In this document: in pieces, positions 1 to 13,303 of the stretch
Position numbering within the stretch: position 1 is the stretch's first letter
Layout: every line of letters starts with the position of its first letter
NCBI GenBank assembly: GCA_028534125.1
Contig: CM052818.1
Location: 10,170,001 to 10,234,000, forward strand
Reading direction: 5' to 3'
Length of the DNA: 64,000 nt
Origin: Lama glama
Lineage: Eukaryota
Made by a program: the position numbers and the translations under genes
The notes under the pieces: generated by a model
Told to the model about the DNA's origin: nothing
The model's input: the letters and a program-made list of their open reading frames with translations, nothing else
Databases searched by the model: none

Positions 1-110
1 GGTTGGAAAGAGATGATAATATACAGTCTGTATGGTGTTTCACTATTTAAAGTCCTATTATCTCATAGGAGGAAGGATTTCTGTGAAGTAGCTTATATGG
101 TTTGAGCCCA

Positions 111-655
111 TGGATTAGTTATCTATTGCTACATAACAGATCACCCCAACACTTTGCATGTCTTACACACATTTTATCTCATAGTTTCAAGGAGTCAGGA
201 ATCCAGGTGCAGCTTAGCTGGGCTGAGGGTCTGTCACAGGCTGCAGTCAAGGTAAGGCCAGACCTACAATCTTCTTGAGGTTCAGTTGGACAAGCTCACT
301 CAGTGGCTGTTGGCAGGATTCAGTTCCTTGTGGGTTGTTGGACCGGGGGCCTTGGTTCCTCACTGGCTGTTGGCTGGAGACCATCTGAAGTTCCTTGCTA
401 CGTGGGCCTCTATAGGGCAGCTTACAACATGACAGCCAGCTCCACCAGAGTAAGCAAGTTGGAAAGGAGGAAGAGAAAAGTCCCAGTCTTTTGTAATCTA
501 ATCTTAGAATTGACATCCTATTACCTTTGCCATATTCTTTTTGTTAGAAGCAACCCACGAGTTCTGGCCCACACTCAAGGGGGTGGGTATTACAAAAGGG
601 TGTGGATACCAGGAGGCCAGAGCATTGGGACCATTTTAGTAGGCAACCTACCACA
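111..655 (-). mobile_element. MaLR solo LTR, MLT1F-like
   Basis: Reverse complement begins TGTGGTAGG...CTAAAATGGTCCCAATGCTC...CCTCCTGGTATCC and ends ...TGTAGCAATAGATAACTAATCCA, matching the recalled MLT1F layout. Confidence 0.8.
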
Positions 656-760
656 TCCCCTTTTTACAGCAGAGGAAACCAAGGCTTAGGAAGGATGTGT
701 GACTTTCCCTAAATCATTCATGAAGGAAAACCCAAACCAAGCCTATACTCTGTCCACTCT
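656..760 (-). mobile_element. MIR fragment
   Basis: CCCC-TTTTTACAG-CAGAGGAAACCAAGGCTTAGG is the MIR core in antisense. Confidence 0.6.
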
Positions 761-2239
761 ATCATGCAAACCTCTAGACTCATCCCAGGGTAATCCTCAT
801 GCATAAAGTCATGCATGGTGTAATTTACTGAGTGCTTAAGGATTGTCATATAATAAAAATATCCTAAGAAACTTACAACATTTTATGATATTCTAGGTTG
901 AGGGACATTTTTGGAGACAGAAAAATGTGATGATAATTAGAAAAATATACAGAGGCTCCATTACCTACAAATGCCACCCAGAGTTTTCACAGACTAGGGC
1001 CTGAAAAATAGTTCTTTAGGCCATCCAGGGTAGCAGCAATGATTAATTCCAAGCTGTTAACGGATTTTATTATGCAAATACTCCAGCAACTCAACCAAGA
1101 GAAGTTTGGGCACCGCCCCCACCCCATTCACTCTGGACTCTCAATTTGCATGGAAATGTGGCACTCTCACTAGAAGAGGAGACAGTTTGGTTCTCCTTGG
1201 TGGGGAAGGGGTGGTTAGGAGGTTGGGGAGAGGAGGTGGCTGGAGGGAGATCCAGCTATCCATTAGTGACATTTATCATTTTAATGCCCATTTGTGGTTA
1301 GAAAAACAATGATATTACCCTAATTTAGTAATTAAATTGCTCCAAGCCAGAGAGATAAGCAAAGCCTAGGGTCACTTTCAGGCGCACTGAATTTAGGGCC
1401 TTCCAGGAACAGGAATCAAATCCTGCATCACCGGGAAGAAGGCTGTTCCACAAGACCAGTGCTCAGTCTCAGCAGAGATGGGGGCCTCCTTTCTGGGGAG
1501 AGAAAGGCAAGCAACAGGAGCATGTCTTTGGGAGCCAGATAGAATTTTGTCTTGGATTTTTTAGAGTCGTCATTGTTTGGTATCAAGGAGGTATCACTGA
1601 TGGTATTATGGCTCTTCCCCGTGGAATAATACTTGGGGGAGGGGTGCTTAAAACTCTGCTCAGTGAATGAACAACCTCAGTTTAGGCACAGCAGGCTTAT
1701 GGGGGATTTGTCCCTGGGTTGTCTGAGACAGCTGTTCAGGAGGCAAATCAGAGGTACAATTGGAGGCCTCTCAAGAGATGGGCCAGGAAGTGTCCTGACT
1801 GACTTGGGAGATGAAGTGGTGGTGCTGCAAGTTGAGGCTTGAGCAGCACTGTTACTTGGAAGTGGTAATTGAGGTGAGCTCAAATACCTCTGGGAAAGGC
1901 CTGTTTCCAGGAGAGAGGGAGATGGAGCGATTAGCAGAGGGTTGGGATGTCTACTCCCCCCACAACCCCCAAATATCTACACGCATTTGGAATGAAAGGA
2001 CTAAATCAGGTTTTCCTACAGGGGAGAGGGAGTTTAAATGAGAGAAGAGAGTGTGCATGCCCCTAAACCTCCTTTGTAATTCCACCTTCTGGCAATGAGT
2101 TTTCAGAAAAAAACATATCTTTTGGTTTTGAAAAGGCATATGATCTCCATTCTTAAACCTTCCACTCATAGACTTATGCTACTTTATAGACATTTGAGGG
2201 TACTTTTACTCTATTTCACTCTTTCCCCCAATGCCTTCA

Positions 2240-2370
2240 AGCAAATAGGGTGGGTGCTGTCATCCTCATTTGACAGAGGAGAAAAACAGTGGCTTGGAGA
2301 AGTTTGGTGATTGGTGAGTTTGGAGAGGATGGTCCGGAGACCAGATCTGACTTCTGGTTCAGAGCCCTTC
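2240..2370 (-). mobile_element. MIR fragment
   Basis: CATCCTCATTTGACAGAGGAGAAAAACAGTGGCTTGGAGA resembles the antisense MIR core. Confidence 0.55.
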
Positions 2371-2689
2371 TTATTTCACCAAAGTGCCCGGGAAAGCCAA
2401 AGCTGATTTGAAGTGAATGGCAGAGAAGGGGAGCTTGGTCCCAGGAGGGATTCTGGGGAGAAGGCCCTAAGGTTTCTTGAAAGTGTCTCCTGCTGATGGG
2501 TGGACAGAAAGGGAGGAAGCATCAGGGGGAGACCTGTAGACCAGCCTCTGAATTTCTGAAACAGCTTAGAGCTGATTAACTGATTAACTTCTTCAATCTT
2601 CAGTTCTGGCTCTGTTAGTTGGCAGGAGAGGATATATATTGCTCTCCGCCCCCCCCCCCCCAAGACACAAAAAGAGAGAGTGGGATATA

Positions 2690-2850
2690 GTGGAAAGGTC
2701 ACTGGCCTGGGGGACAGAAGACCTACATTGTTTTCTAGTCCTAGTTGTGCTACTAATTCACTATTTAACTCTATGATGTCGATCTCTCTACTTCTTGTTT
2801 TGCTCACTTGTAAAACATGAATTAGGTGATCTCTAGGACCTTTCCAACTC
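2690..2850 (+). mobile_element. MIR fragment
   Basis: CTAGTCCTAGTTGTGCTACTAATTCACT...CTCACTTGTAAAACATGA...GATCTCTAGGACCTTTCCAACTCT. Confidence 0.6.
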
Positions 2851-3337
2851 TTTCTAGGGGAAGTCATACAAAAATGCTATCAACTTCTGTTCTATTTCTT
2901 GGTGATTGATCACCAGATCCCAGCCTCCTGGAACCCCAGTTACTCCCTCTAGAATTTCCAAGTTGTAAGCATCTTGAAACTTTCCCTGATTGTGAAACAC
3001 AGTGAGACCTAGGTTATGAAAGAAATCTTCCCTTCTTTCTACTCACCACTTTCCTGTACTAATCCTAAAGTGACACACTGGAGTGACAAAAGTCACTCTT
3101 GACACCACCCAAGAGTTCCCATTCATTGTCCCCATGTCTGTGTTTGACTCCACACCCTTCCTTGCCTGTGTTCCTTCGGGTCTACCTTCTTCCATTCTGC
3201 CTTCAGCCCTTTCTGCCCCCAGTCATAGCCACATTTTCATAGAGACGCAGATAAATGACCATCACTCAGGAAACATGGGGAAATGTAAGATAGGTTCCTT
3301 GTCCTCCAGGAGCTTAAAACATAATGGGGAGATAAAT

Positions 3338-4930
3338 TGATCAATAGATTCAGTACACATTCAATCAAAATCCCAGCAAGGTTTTTTGTTAAAATTGACA
3401 AACTGATTGTAAAATTCATATAAAAATGCAAATACCTTGGATAATCAAAACAATTTTGAGAGAGAGATACAAGGTCGGAGAATTTATACTACCTGATTTT
3501 AAAACTCAATGCAAAGTTAGAATAATCAAGACATTGTAGTGTTGGTGTACAGATAAGACATGTGGATCAGTAGAAAAGAATAGAGTCCAGAAATAGATCC
3601 ACACACATATGATCAGCTGAATTTTTACAAAGATGCAAAGGCAGTTATGAGGAAAAGATAATCTTTCTATCAAATGAACTGGAGTAATTAGAATCCATAT
3701 GCAGAAAAAAAACCCTTCAGTTTCTGTCTCACACCATACACAAAAATTAACTCAAAATGGATCATAGATCTAAATGTAGAAACTAAAACTATAAAAGAAA
3801 ACAGGAGAAAATCTATGTGACCTTGGGTTAGACAAATACTTTTTAAATAGGACACACACACACACCCGCATACACACAGACCAGACTATAAAATAAAATA
3901 TTGATAAACTTAGCATAAAGAAAATTGAAAACTTTTGTTCTTCAAAAGACATTGTTAACTTAATGAAAAGACAAGACAGAGACTGGGAGAAAATATTTGC
4001 AAAAAATATTGCATACTTTGTATCTGATTAAGAACTTGTATCTGGAATAAATAAAGAAGTCTTACAACTTAATGAGAAAACAAACAATCCAATAAAGTGG
4101 GCAAAAGATTTGAACAACAGACATTTCACCAAAGGAGGCATGCAAGTGGTAAATAAACACATGGAAATATGCTTAATGTCATTAATCATTAGGGAAATGC
4201 AAATTAAAACCATTAAGGAGATACCACTACACACATTCTCAAATGACTAAAATTAAAAAGACAGAAAATATCAAGATTTGGCAAAGATGTGGAGCAACCG
4301 GAACTCTCATTCATAGGGATGCAAGATGGTACAGTCACTTTGGAAAAGAGTTTGGCATTTTCTTATAAAGCTAAAGATACACTGACCCTATGGCCCAGCA
4401 ATGATTCTGCTAACGAGAGAAATGAGAGCCCACATTCACACCAAGACTTGTAGTCCAGTATTCATGGCAGCATTATTTATAATAGTGAAAAACTGGAAGC
4501 AACTGGAATATCCATCAACTAATGAATAGGCAAATTGTGATGTAGCTGCACAGTGGAATGTTATTTAATAATAAAAAGTGGAAGCCTTGATGGCTGCAAC
4601 AATAGGGATGAATCTCAACAACATTATGCTAAGTGAAAGAAGCCAGACACGAAAAGAGTGAATGCAGACTGATTCCATATAAATGAAGTTCTAGAAAAGA
4701 CAAAACAATTGTGACAGAAAACAGACCACAGGATGCCAAGAGTCAGGGGGCCTGGATAGGAGGTTGACTGCAGAGGGGTGAGCGACAATGTACACGTTCA
4801 ATACATGTTCCACGCATGATGGTGATGGTGGTTACATGACTGTGTACGTTTGTCAGAATTCATTGAACTGTACACTGAAAATTGGTGAAAGTTTTATTTA
4901 TGTAAAATCACACCTCAATAAAGTTGATGA
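3338..4930 (+). mobile_element. Old 5'-truncated L1 (L1M-type): ORF2 C-terminus and 3'UTR, inserted in an antisense L2 remnant
   Basis: A-rich sequence with L1 ORF2 3' hallmarks (ATCAAAATCCCAGCA, ACTGGGAGAAAATATTTGCAA, AGACATTTCACCAAAG, GATACCACTACAC); ends CACACCTCAATAAAGTTGA. L2-like sequence flanks both sides. Confidence 0.9.
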
Positions 4931-6924
4931 ATGAAAATACAGTGAAAATATGTTTAAAGAGGAGACCTAGCTCCCAGCTATTTGGGGGATCATCCTGGGA
5001 AGGTGGGGAGAAAGGAGGCTTGTACGGATGGGCCTTGAGGGCTTGGTTGGGCTGGCACAGGAGAAGAGGAGGGACAGAACCCTGGGGAATGCCAGCTTCT
5101 AAAGGGCAGGTGGGGACGTGGTTCCAGCCGCCGTGGTTTTGGTCAGCCCCTTTACAGTAAGCAGTGGGGAAGTGTGGAGGTGCTCAAGTGTGGCAGCACT
5201 TTTGGCCTTGAGCCCCACACACGGGTCACTTTCATCAGAACAGGAAAACGAAACAGGCTCCCCTGAATGATTTATGGGAGGGCTTGTATTTTGGGGATGT
5301 GATACCGCAGTTTGTGTTATGGGATCGGGACATCTGTTTCCAGGGAGGTGTGTTCTCTTACCATGAGTCTATCTCTTGCCCCCTCAGATAGTTAACACAC
5401 TTTGTCTGTCATGTTAGCATCACGGGGCCTTCTGGGAATGAGCGGCCTTACCAGTGTGTGAGCATGAGTGGTCTGGGGCCAACTGGGAGGCGGGCAGGAA
5501 CTGCTTGGGCCCCACCCTGTCCCTCAGTGCAGCAGTGCAGTTAAGTGTAGGATTTGGGAGTGTGCCATCTGTCAGATGGCAGAGGCAGGCTCCCACTTAA
5601 CAATTAAGTTTTAGCCATTTATTTGATTAAATTTCAGTTATGCTAACTGTCCTCATGTGGATTAATGTCCCTTGCTGGGGAACTCTACTGCCAGCAGATC
5701 TTGGCCAACAACCCTTTCTCACCAGGAGGCATGTTCTCCGGGGGAGGTCTGAAGCAAGAAGGTATGGAATCAGCTAATGTCCTGGCTAGAGGGGACTTGG
5801 GCAAGCTTCTTGTTCAGCTCTGCATGTCACAGGTAACAAAACCGAGGCTAGCTGGTCACAGGGAGCTGGTAAAGAAGGGATTTGCTCAATGTCACACAGC
5901 CTGTTAAGTGTCAGCAAGACCTGGTGCCTCCAGCCTCATGGTTCATCCTAAGTCATGCAGACTCATTCCTCTTGGTTTACAAGGGGTGTGGGCTGGCCTG
6001 GCACGTGTGTAGACAGACGCGGTGTATACTTATGGTGAGCACGTACTTCATCTCACCCTCTTTTCAGGAGGGGAATGTAGGGATCTCTGCTTTGGCCCAC
6101 CTTCCCCTGCCAGGCTGGTTCAGGAAAAGAGCCCCATGAAAAATTCAATTTGGGGGGGAGGCTCAATATAAACCAACTCTTTTTATTTTTTTATTTTTTA
6201 GCCCCACCCTCTTCTGCTTTTAAATGGAAATACAAATCCTCAGTTCTTAGTGAGGAAGATCTTTGTCTCGTTTAAATCTGAGGGACTTCGTTTTGTCCAG
6301 AGAGTGTTTGAAATGCTAAAAGCCCCACCCCACCCAGTTTTAATGCTCCCTACTAATCCCTTCTCACCCGAAGCCTTGTCCACACTGTGGTGTTTACAGT
6401 CTCCTAGCATGTCTGGGTGAATCCTCCCAGCTCCCACCCTGAAAACCTCCTGCAACTCGTGAGCCCCAGGCGCATATTATGCAAGAATGTGTGTGTACAA
6501 GCACCTCCCGCCACACTGTATGTGGGATCGAATATTCATTGTATAAGTCAAATTAAAATGTATTAACTTTCCTTCCAGATGCCCCCTGATAGCAAGTTTA
6601 ATTACTCTGGACATAATTAAATGAGTTTAGGAGATTAGAAATACAAGGGGGTAGTGAAGAGCATAAATTTATGGGGAAAAGGGAAAATTTAATTCCAGAG
6701 TCCTTTGTCACTTGGTTGGTAGAGTGCTGGGGACCAGGGAGGGATGGAGGAAATAGTTGGGTAGAGGTGGAATGAGGAGGGTTTTAGGAGGTTGAATCAG
6801 TCTGGATGTGTCAGGATGTATCAGTCTCCTGCCCTACAAATGTAGAAATGCAGGAGGCTTTATGCTTACATCCTTCCCCTGATTCAGGGGTGGTCTTTTC
6901 CTGAAGAAGTTCCCGTACACTTAG

Positions 6925-7012
6925 TTGGCAGATAGACCAATGAGAAACTGGCAAGCCAACAGTTGTGCTGAGTCCCGCCCGCTCCACTGCTTCCTCCTGG
7001 GGCGTGGCCCCG
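6925..7012. promoter_or_regulatory. Promoter/enhancer-like motif cluster
   Basis: CCAAT at 6937, TGGC/GCCAA NFI-like half sites, CCCGCCC at 6974, CTTCCT, and GGGGCGTGGC (SP/KLF) at 6999, all within 90 bp. No CpG island. Confidence 0.35.
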
Positions 7013-7284
7013 TCTTGTGATAGGCTTTCCCTTCTGAGGTAGGCTTTTCTGGGGACTCTAGGTCAAGTCCACAAATGTCAGCATGTCTTCAACAACACAA
7101 CTGGCTCCCTAGAGTGCTCACTGCTTTGTGTTTCTTTGGCCTGTGGCCATGACACATCTCCAGATACTTCAACCCCAACCTTGCCCAAGGAGCAAGGGGA
7201 AGAGGCCAGATTCCAGGGGGAGCCAGTAGACCCCTAGTCCAGCTGACTAGTCAGATGTTGGGCTGAAACTCCATTATAAACCCA

Positions 7285-7581
7285 GACACACACATACACT
7301 AACACACATACTGAAACACACGCTTGCACTCTCACTCACGTACTCACTGGCACAAACATGAACTCTTGTACATTCCCACACTCACTCGTAATCTCACATA
7401 TGTGAACACACAACACGTATACACATACACTTACGTACACTCCCACACATACACATTCACACACACACTCGTATCCACATGTATATACACTTGCGCACAC
7501 AAAATTCACTCTATGTGCTAATTCACTCTATGTGCTTATTCACTTACATATACTTGCACAAATATGTACTCATGCATACAC

Positions 7582-7614
<33 letters not shown>

Positions 7615-7615
7615 A
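7285..7615. repeat. Degenerate (CA)-rich low-complexity tract ending in a pure (CA)n; includes a 17-bp tandem duplication AATTCACTCTATGTGCT
   Basis: Seen directly. Confidence 0.9.
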
Positions 7616-9259
7616 CTAGACACTCAGAACTCCAAGTTGAGTGTTTTGGAGAAAATAAGAGAAAATACTCGCTTTGTGATTAATCTTCCTATAAGTCCTT
7701 CTCTTTAGAATCCAGTTTTTCAGCTGGAGAGGATATCTTGCCACTGAGTGGGAAAGGCAGTTGTGGTTTGTTAAATTTTTCAGCTGCACAGGGCGGAAGG
7801 ATATTCTTCCCTGTGGTTTAGAGTTACACTAAAAGTTGCAAACAGATTTCCACACCCTTTCTGAAGATGCCTTCCCCTCCATGCACTGGGGCTGTTTTCA
7901 AAAGGCTGGCCAAAGCTCCAGATCAGGTCCCGATTTTTTTTCAATAAAAGCAAAAAGAAAGCACCAAGACACTGAATGAATAATGAAAGTGAAGGCAAAA
8001 CAAGCCCAGGGAGATAAAGTGAAAATTCTCTTACATTTGAGCCTGGGGTTGAGGGTGGGGGTTGGGGGCTGCCAACTGCTAGAATGGTGTTTAGAAATAA
8101 AGAGTCTGTGTTATGTCTAGTGGTCCTAGTATTTTGTGTTACTCTGACCCCAGCATTGTATCATTTCAATGCAGTCGGGTGTGCAAACGTTCAGTTCTGG
8201 TCTGTGGAAGGTATTTTGTATTCAAGCCAAATCTACATTTCAGATTTGAAATGGGGGGGACCTGGGGGGAGAGGGGGGTGGGGATGAATGGGGCGAAGGT
8301 CAGTGTTCGCAGGTCTGAGACCATGTTTAATATCACATGACACCTTTGTCAAACAGTGTGTCACCCCCTCCCCTCTGTACACACAAGCTGTCTGGGTTTC
8401 TGTACCTAAGGGACCGTCCTCTGTGTTGTCTTCCTGCCCAAACCCTCAGACTTGCTTTCTGTAAACCAGATGAAATGAATGAAATTTGACCTGTCACGTG
8501 GGCTTTTTTATGTGGTGGCATGAGAAGCCCTGGAGGGTCATGTGCTCCCTTCTCTCACTGGCCAGGCTTGTCTGCATCCCCCTTCTGGGCTCCTGTGGGC
8601 TGTCTGAGGCCTTGGGGATTGACTGGAGGCCAAGGGGAGGGAGTGGTGTTATATTTCGTACCCATGACCTTGAAGGTGTGCCTCGGGTCTGCAGCCCTGG
8701 GGTCAGGTCATCTCCCGAAACCTCAAAGGAGATGAATGAAACCTGGGCAGTCAGATGCATTCAAAACAGCCCGAGAGCGATGATTAGGGCTCCAGGTTCT
8801 GGGGCTGTCTGCTGCCCTGCTCTGGTAATGGGGGGGTGGGCGGGTGGGGAATGGGGGGAACAGGGGAGTGTGGGCTAATGGCCTACCATTCACCTTGTGG
8901 ACCAGAGTTCACTTCTGGCTTTGATCTTCACCTAAGCCCCCGTGGACTTCTGTCCCTATCACTATGGTCCCTGCATAAGCACTCCTGCTCTAGATGAGGC
9001 CCTAGCTGGGATAGTGCAGTGACATACCTCTCTGTGTCCAGAGTCTCTGGGTCTCTCCCCGGATGCTTTATAAAAAGAGGCAATGTGGGCAGATATTATA
9101 GTTGCTTTCCCCCTTCACCTTTCAGACCAGAGAGAGATTTGAAGATCAGACAGAGGGAAGAAGAGCCACCAGAAATAGCAGTTTCCCAGTGAAATGTTGT
9201 AGGAGCTTTATGAATGAGAGACAACTCCATTAATAAGCACAGATCAGCAAGGCAGGAAG

Positions 9260-9450
9260 ACTTCGGAGGCACAAAGACCTGGGTTCAAATCCCAAGTGTC
9301 ACTTGAAGCTGTACCTCCCCTGAGGTCCTTCCTTCCTCATCTCGAAAATGGGGATAATAATCACTCAGCTGTGAAGTTACTGTGAGCATTGATGAGTTAT
9401 TTCACGCAAAGTGCCTGGCATGGCTTTGGCTCTCAATCTGTGTTAGTCAT
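9260..9450 (+). mobile_element. MIR
   Basis: AGACCTGGGTTCAAATCCC...TTCCTCATCTCGAAAATGGGGATAATAA...AAAGTGCCTGGCA. Confidence 0.8.
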
Positions 9451-10159
9451 TATTCATTTCCTAAGATTTAAATCTAGCCCTTATTTCAAAGAGTTAGAGG
9501 TAGTTTATACATAAATCTGTGGGGGCAAAGGCAGAGTTTTGAGATGGGCATTTGGAGAGGGAAAGGGAACAAGAATGAGGCTTAAATTCTGTGATCAATC
9601 AATACTGCTGATCAAATCATTATTTCCTTTTTTTTGGGGAACTGAAGGATTCTCCTCTCCTCAGTGCATTGTGGTGGGAAGAATCCATGCAGAAGCCAAG
9701 TGGGTACCCCAGGATGGGCATGAAGGCTCAGTGCCCTGTTTAGACCAGCTGATGTTTTAAGAGCTGTTCTTAAATGGATCAAGGTCAGTTTCACCTGCTT
9801 CAGGATCTGCTTGGATAAGGAAACGAGATGCCAGGAACCATTTGGGGAAACAGTGACACCATGCAGAAAAGTCCCAGACTTGTCCGTTCCCTCTCTCCAC
9901 CCCATCCTGTCCCCTGCCCTTATCTCCCAAGCCCTGCTTCCAGGCTGCAGAAGTTGTGCTTCAAAATGAGATATAATCTTTGCAATTATGCCCAAGACAT
10001 CACAAATCACACATAGCAAGCCACTAGTTCCTATATATATGAACTTCCTAATTTGTTAGAAAATTCAGTCCTGTTTAGTGTGGGAGATATCTGTTCACTG
10101 CCAATTTTGAATGTCCTAAAAAATCAAGGACAAAGCAGGAAAAATTGGTCAGGGGGAGA

Positions 10160-10305
10160 CATTGTGATATGGTAGAGAGAACCAAGAACTGGATTTCATC
10201 TCTGGTTCTGACACTAGTTAGCCACAATTAGTCATAAAATCTTGGGCCGGTAAATCTTGTTCCTGCCCAGTTTTTTGATCTGTAAAATGAAGCGATGGTA
10301 CCTGC
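10160..10305 (+). mobile_element. MIR fragment
   Basis: CCCAGTTTTTTGATCTGTAAAATG core. Confidence 0.55.
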
Positions 10306-10675
10306 TCCGTTTCCTGGCTTAGTTTTAATATGCACTGAGGTAGTGGAGGAGAAAGGAACAAAACACTCTGCATATTGTTTGCCTCCCTAACCTATGATTC
10401 TTCCTTGTAGAAGCTAAACCCAGCTTTCCATGGCCGGGGTTGGGACTTAACCATATTTTCCCGACTATTAGTAATAGTCACCAAAAACCCTAATGAGGTT
10501 TGACTCACTCACCCATAGGCTGCCCAGTGGCAGTCTGGAGGGCTTGACAAACTGGTGAATGTGCCCAGGACTTCGGTCCTCTTTGAAACTCTAGTTTGGA
10601 AGATGACAGGCTCTTCAGAGGTGGCCCTGTGATATTCAAAAGAAGTCACAGAATGAGGAACTCGATGGTATAGAA

Positions 10676-10886
10676 CAGGAGTTGGCAAACTACAACCTGG
10701 GGGCCAAACCCAGAGCACCGCCTGCTTTTGTTTTACTGGAACTCAGCCATGCTGGTTCTTTAAAGGATCGATGACTGCGTATGTCAGTGGCTGCTTTCAA
10801 TGGCAGAGTTGAGTAGTTGTGACAGAGACTGACCCTCAAAACCAGAAATATTTACTACCTTCACAGGAAAAATCTGTTAACCTCTA
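10676..10886 (+). mobile_element. MER58A-like hAT-Charlie non-autonomous DNA transposon
   Basis: CAGGAGTTGGCAAACT start, internal CAGAGTTGAGTAGTTGTGACAGAGAC, degenerate right TIR. Confidence 0.8.
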
Positions 10887-11109
10887 GTATAAGGTATAGA
10901 TCAAAGTGGGATGTCACACATGCCTTCTATGAATGTGTGGCTTCCCCTGGTTATTTAGCTTATTTTACTAATGAATTCCTGTTTATATCTCAGGGGAGTT
11001 AATATTGTTCTGGGCTCAGTGGGGAAACAAGTTAAGTATCATTTTATTTGTCCCCCCCCCCTTTTGGGAAGTTTCCTTTCTGTAAGAGACAGAAGAAAAT
11101 TGACCATCT

Positions 11110-11285
11110 CTGTGCCAGGCACTTTACTTAGGCCATCACCTTTACTTTTTATGATAAACCGGTGAGTTACATATTTTACACATGGAGAAACTGGCCTTCA
11201 GAGAGGTTAACTGAGCCAAGATCACACAGCTAGTACAGGGTGAAGCCAGGATTTCAATCTAGGCCTGTCAAGCACCAGACTCTCC
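11110..11285 (-). mobile_element. MIR
   Basis: ATTTTACACATGGAGAAACTGGCCTTCAGAGAGGTTAA...AAGATCACACAGCTAGT...AGCCAGGATTTCAA. Confidence 0.8.
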
Positions 11286-13260
11286 CCATCAGAGGTTACT
11301 GCCTCCATGCCCTCTGACCCTCCCCCTGGAAGTTCCTCAGGGACCAGATCTAAACATCATCTGGGCCGAGGAGGCATGAACTAAAGCCCGTGGGTTACCT
11401 TGGGGCATTTTATAGCCTTGGTTCCAATCATGGAATAAAATACTTTCCAACGTACAGAAGAGGTGTTAGGCATCAGATTGAAAGACAAGAAAGATGTTTT
11501 GGGGAGAGAGGATTAGGAAAGTGTGGCAATCTTCCCTGAGCCCTAAAATCTCCTTGAGGGTGTGACTGCCTCATCACCTATGTGAAGAGCAGTTTAGGAC
11601 TGTTGCTAATTTATATGTATTTGTCTGTGTAATTCCTCCAACCTTAAATGAATTACACACTTCCACTACATTAGCAATCCTTTACATACCCACGTTTCTT
11701 TCAGTTAAAGGGTAGAGATCTGATAAATAGTGACCTGGAGGATCTAGGATCCAACAGCTCCAACCTCATCCCATAAATGTTTGTCTTTCCTCCCCATAGC
11801 CTCTCTCCCTAACACAAAGCAAGTGCCCTTGCTGGCTTTACTGTCTGGGATGTTGGTGATGGTCCCGGTTTTGAAGGCAACGGGAGATTCTGCAGCCACC
11901 CTGGACACGGGGAACTGTCTGCGCTGGCTAAACTGAGCTTCTGGACTGAAGCCAGCCTGGGAGAAGAGGCATCTGATCTGTGATAAGGACGAGAGGCCAA
12001 AGGCGGCTGCAGCTGCCCTCGGTCTGGCCCTTTTGCTTAATATATGGTCAATCTTCTGATGAAAGAGCTGGGGGTTAAAGGTTGGCTCTGAGTTGACTGT
12101 TAATACACCTGCCCTCCTCTTGCTCCCTGGGGGAGGGATTTTTTTCTGTAAGGTTAATTCAGGGTAAATACATTTTCGGGAGAATCAGGAATGATAAAGA
12201 CATTAAAATTTTTTTTTTAAAGGGAGAAGGCCAATGATTAATCTGTTATACTTTGGGTTGCAGATCTTAGTGGTACACATGTCTAATTCTTTAAAGGCTC
12301 AAAGCTCCTAGGCTTATGAAGGGATGATAAATAATAAATAGTAATTAAATTAAAGATGTGCACACTGACTCCTCTGAATTCCAGGAAGTTTGAAAATGAA
12401 CTCAACCTTCATTATAATTAAGACCTTCACTGAGGATATTCTGGTGGTACTGAGTAGAAGGAGGCATCACAGGAGCTCCCCCTGAACTTCCCAAGCTGTC
12501 ATAGGCTAGCATCTCCTTTGGGGGAAGGGGAGGTGGAGAAGGAGAGGGCACTGGATTGGGGCCAAGGTGGATGTGGCTGTGTGGCAGTAAGAGGAAGAAA
12601 CTATAGGATAGACTGATAGACATTTGCAGGGTGGGGTTGGAGCTACTGGATCCGGGGTCCTCCGGGTCCGTGTTTGTCAGACCTCTATTCCTTACCTGAG
12701 AGTAATGTGGGTGTACAAAGGATTACTAATGCAGTAATTTCTTTGGAACTGAGGTGGTCATGTGGAAAAGTCCATGTAAAAGTCACACTGGCCCCTCTGG
12801 ACAGCAGCTCTACAGAAGGAGGCCACAGCAGGGACTAAAGAGGCCAGTTTTTTAGACTCACATGGAAACTTTTAGCCCCCCACTTTCCCAAGGCCATCCC
12901 ATCCAGAGTAACATTGCAGAGACAGACCATGGCTCCAGGCACAATCAGTGATGGTCATTGCAGCTCGTAACTCAAGCTGTATGATTTTGAACAAATCCGA
13001 AACATTGAGATAATAACTCCTGGAGGGAGGAGGTCCTGGCAGCCAGACATCTGAGGGTCGGTCTTCATGGAAGAGAAGGATCAGGGGCACTGATAGCATT
13101 TGGATGGGTGTGAGTGAGGAGCAACAGAGTCCTGGGAAAGTCTGTCTTCTACAGTCACTCGTGGTGCTGAGGGAATTGATGTGTGTGTGTGGGCTGAGGT
13201 GGGAAGGGCTGAGCCTCTGACCTCTGGGTTAAGGAAATGCCATTTTCTTTCTTTCCTTAA

Positions 13261-13265
<5 letters not shown>

Positions 13266-13291
<26 letters not shown>

Positions 13292-13303
13292 GCACGCACG
13301 CAC
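13266..13303. repeat. (CA)n-(CGCA)n microsatellite
   Basis: Seen directly. Confidence 0.95.

Noticed and set aside
303..689. 128-aa ORF
   Set aside because: It lies almost entirely within an antisense MLT1 LTR.
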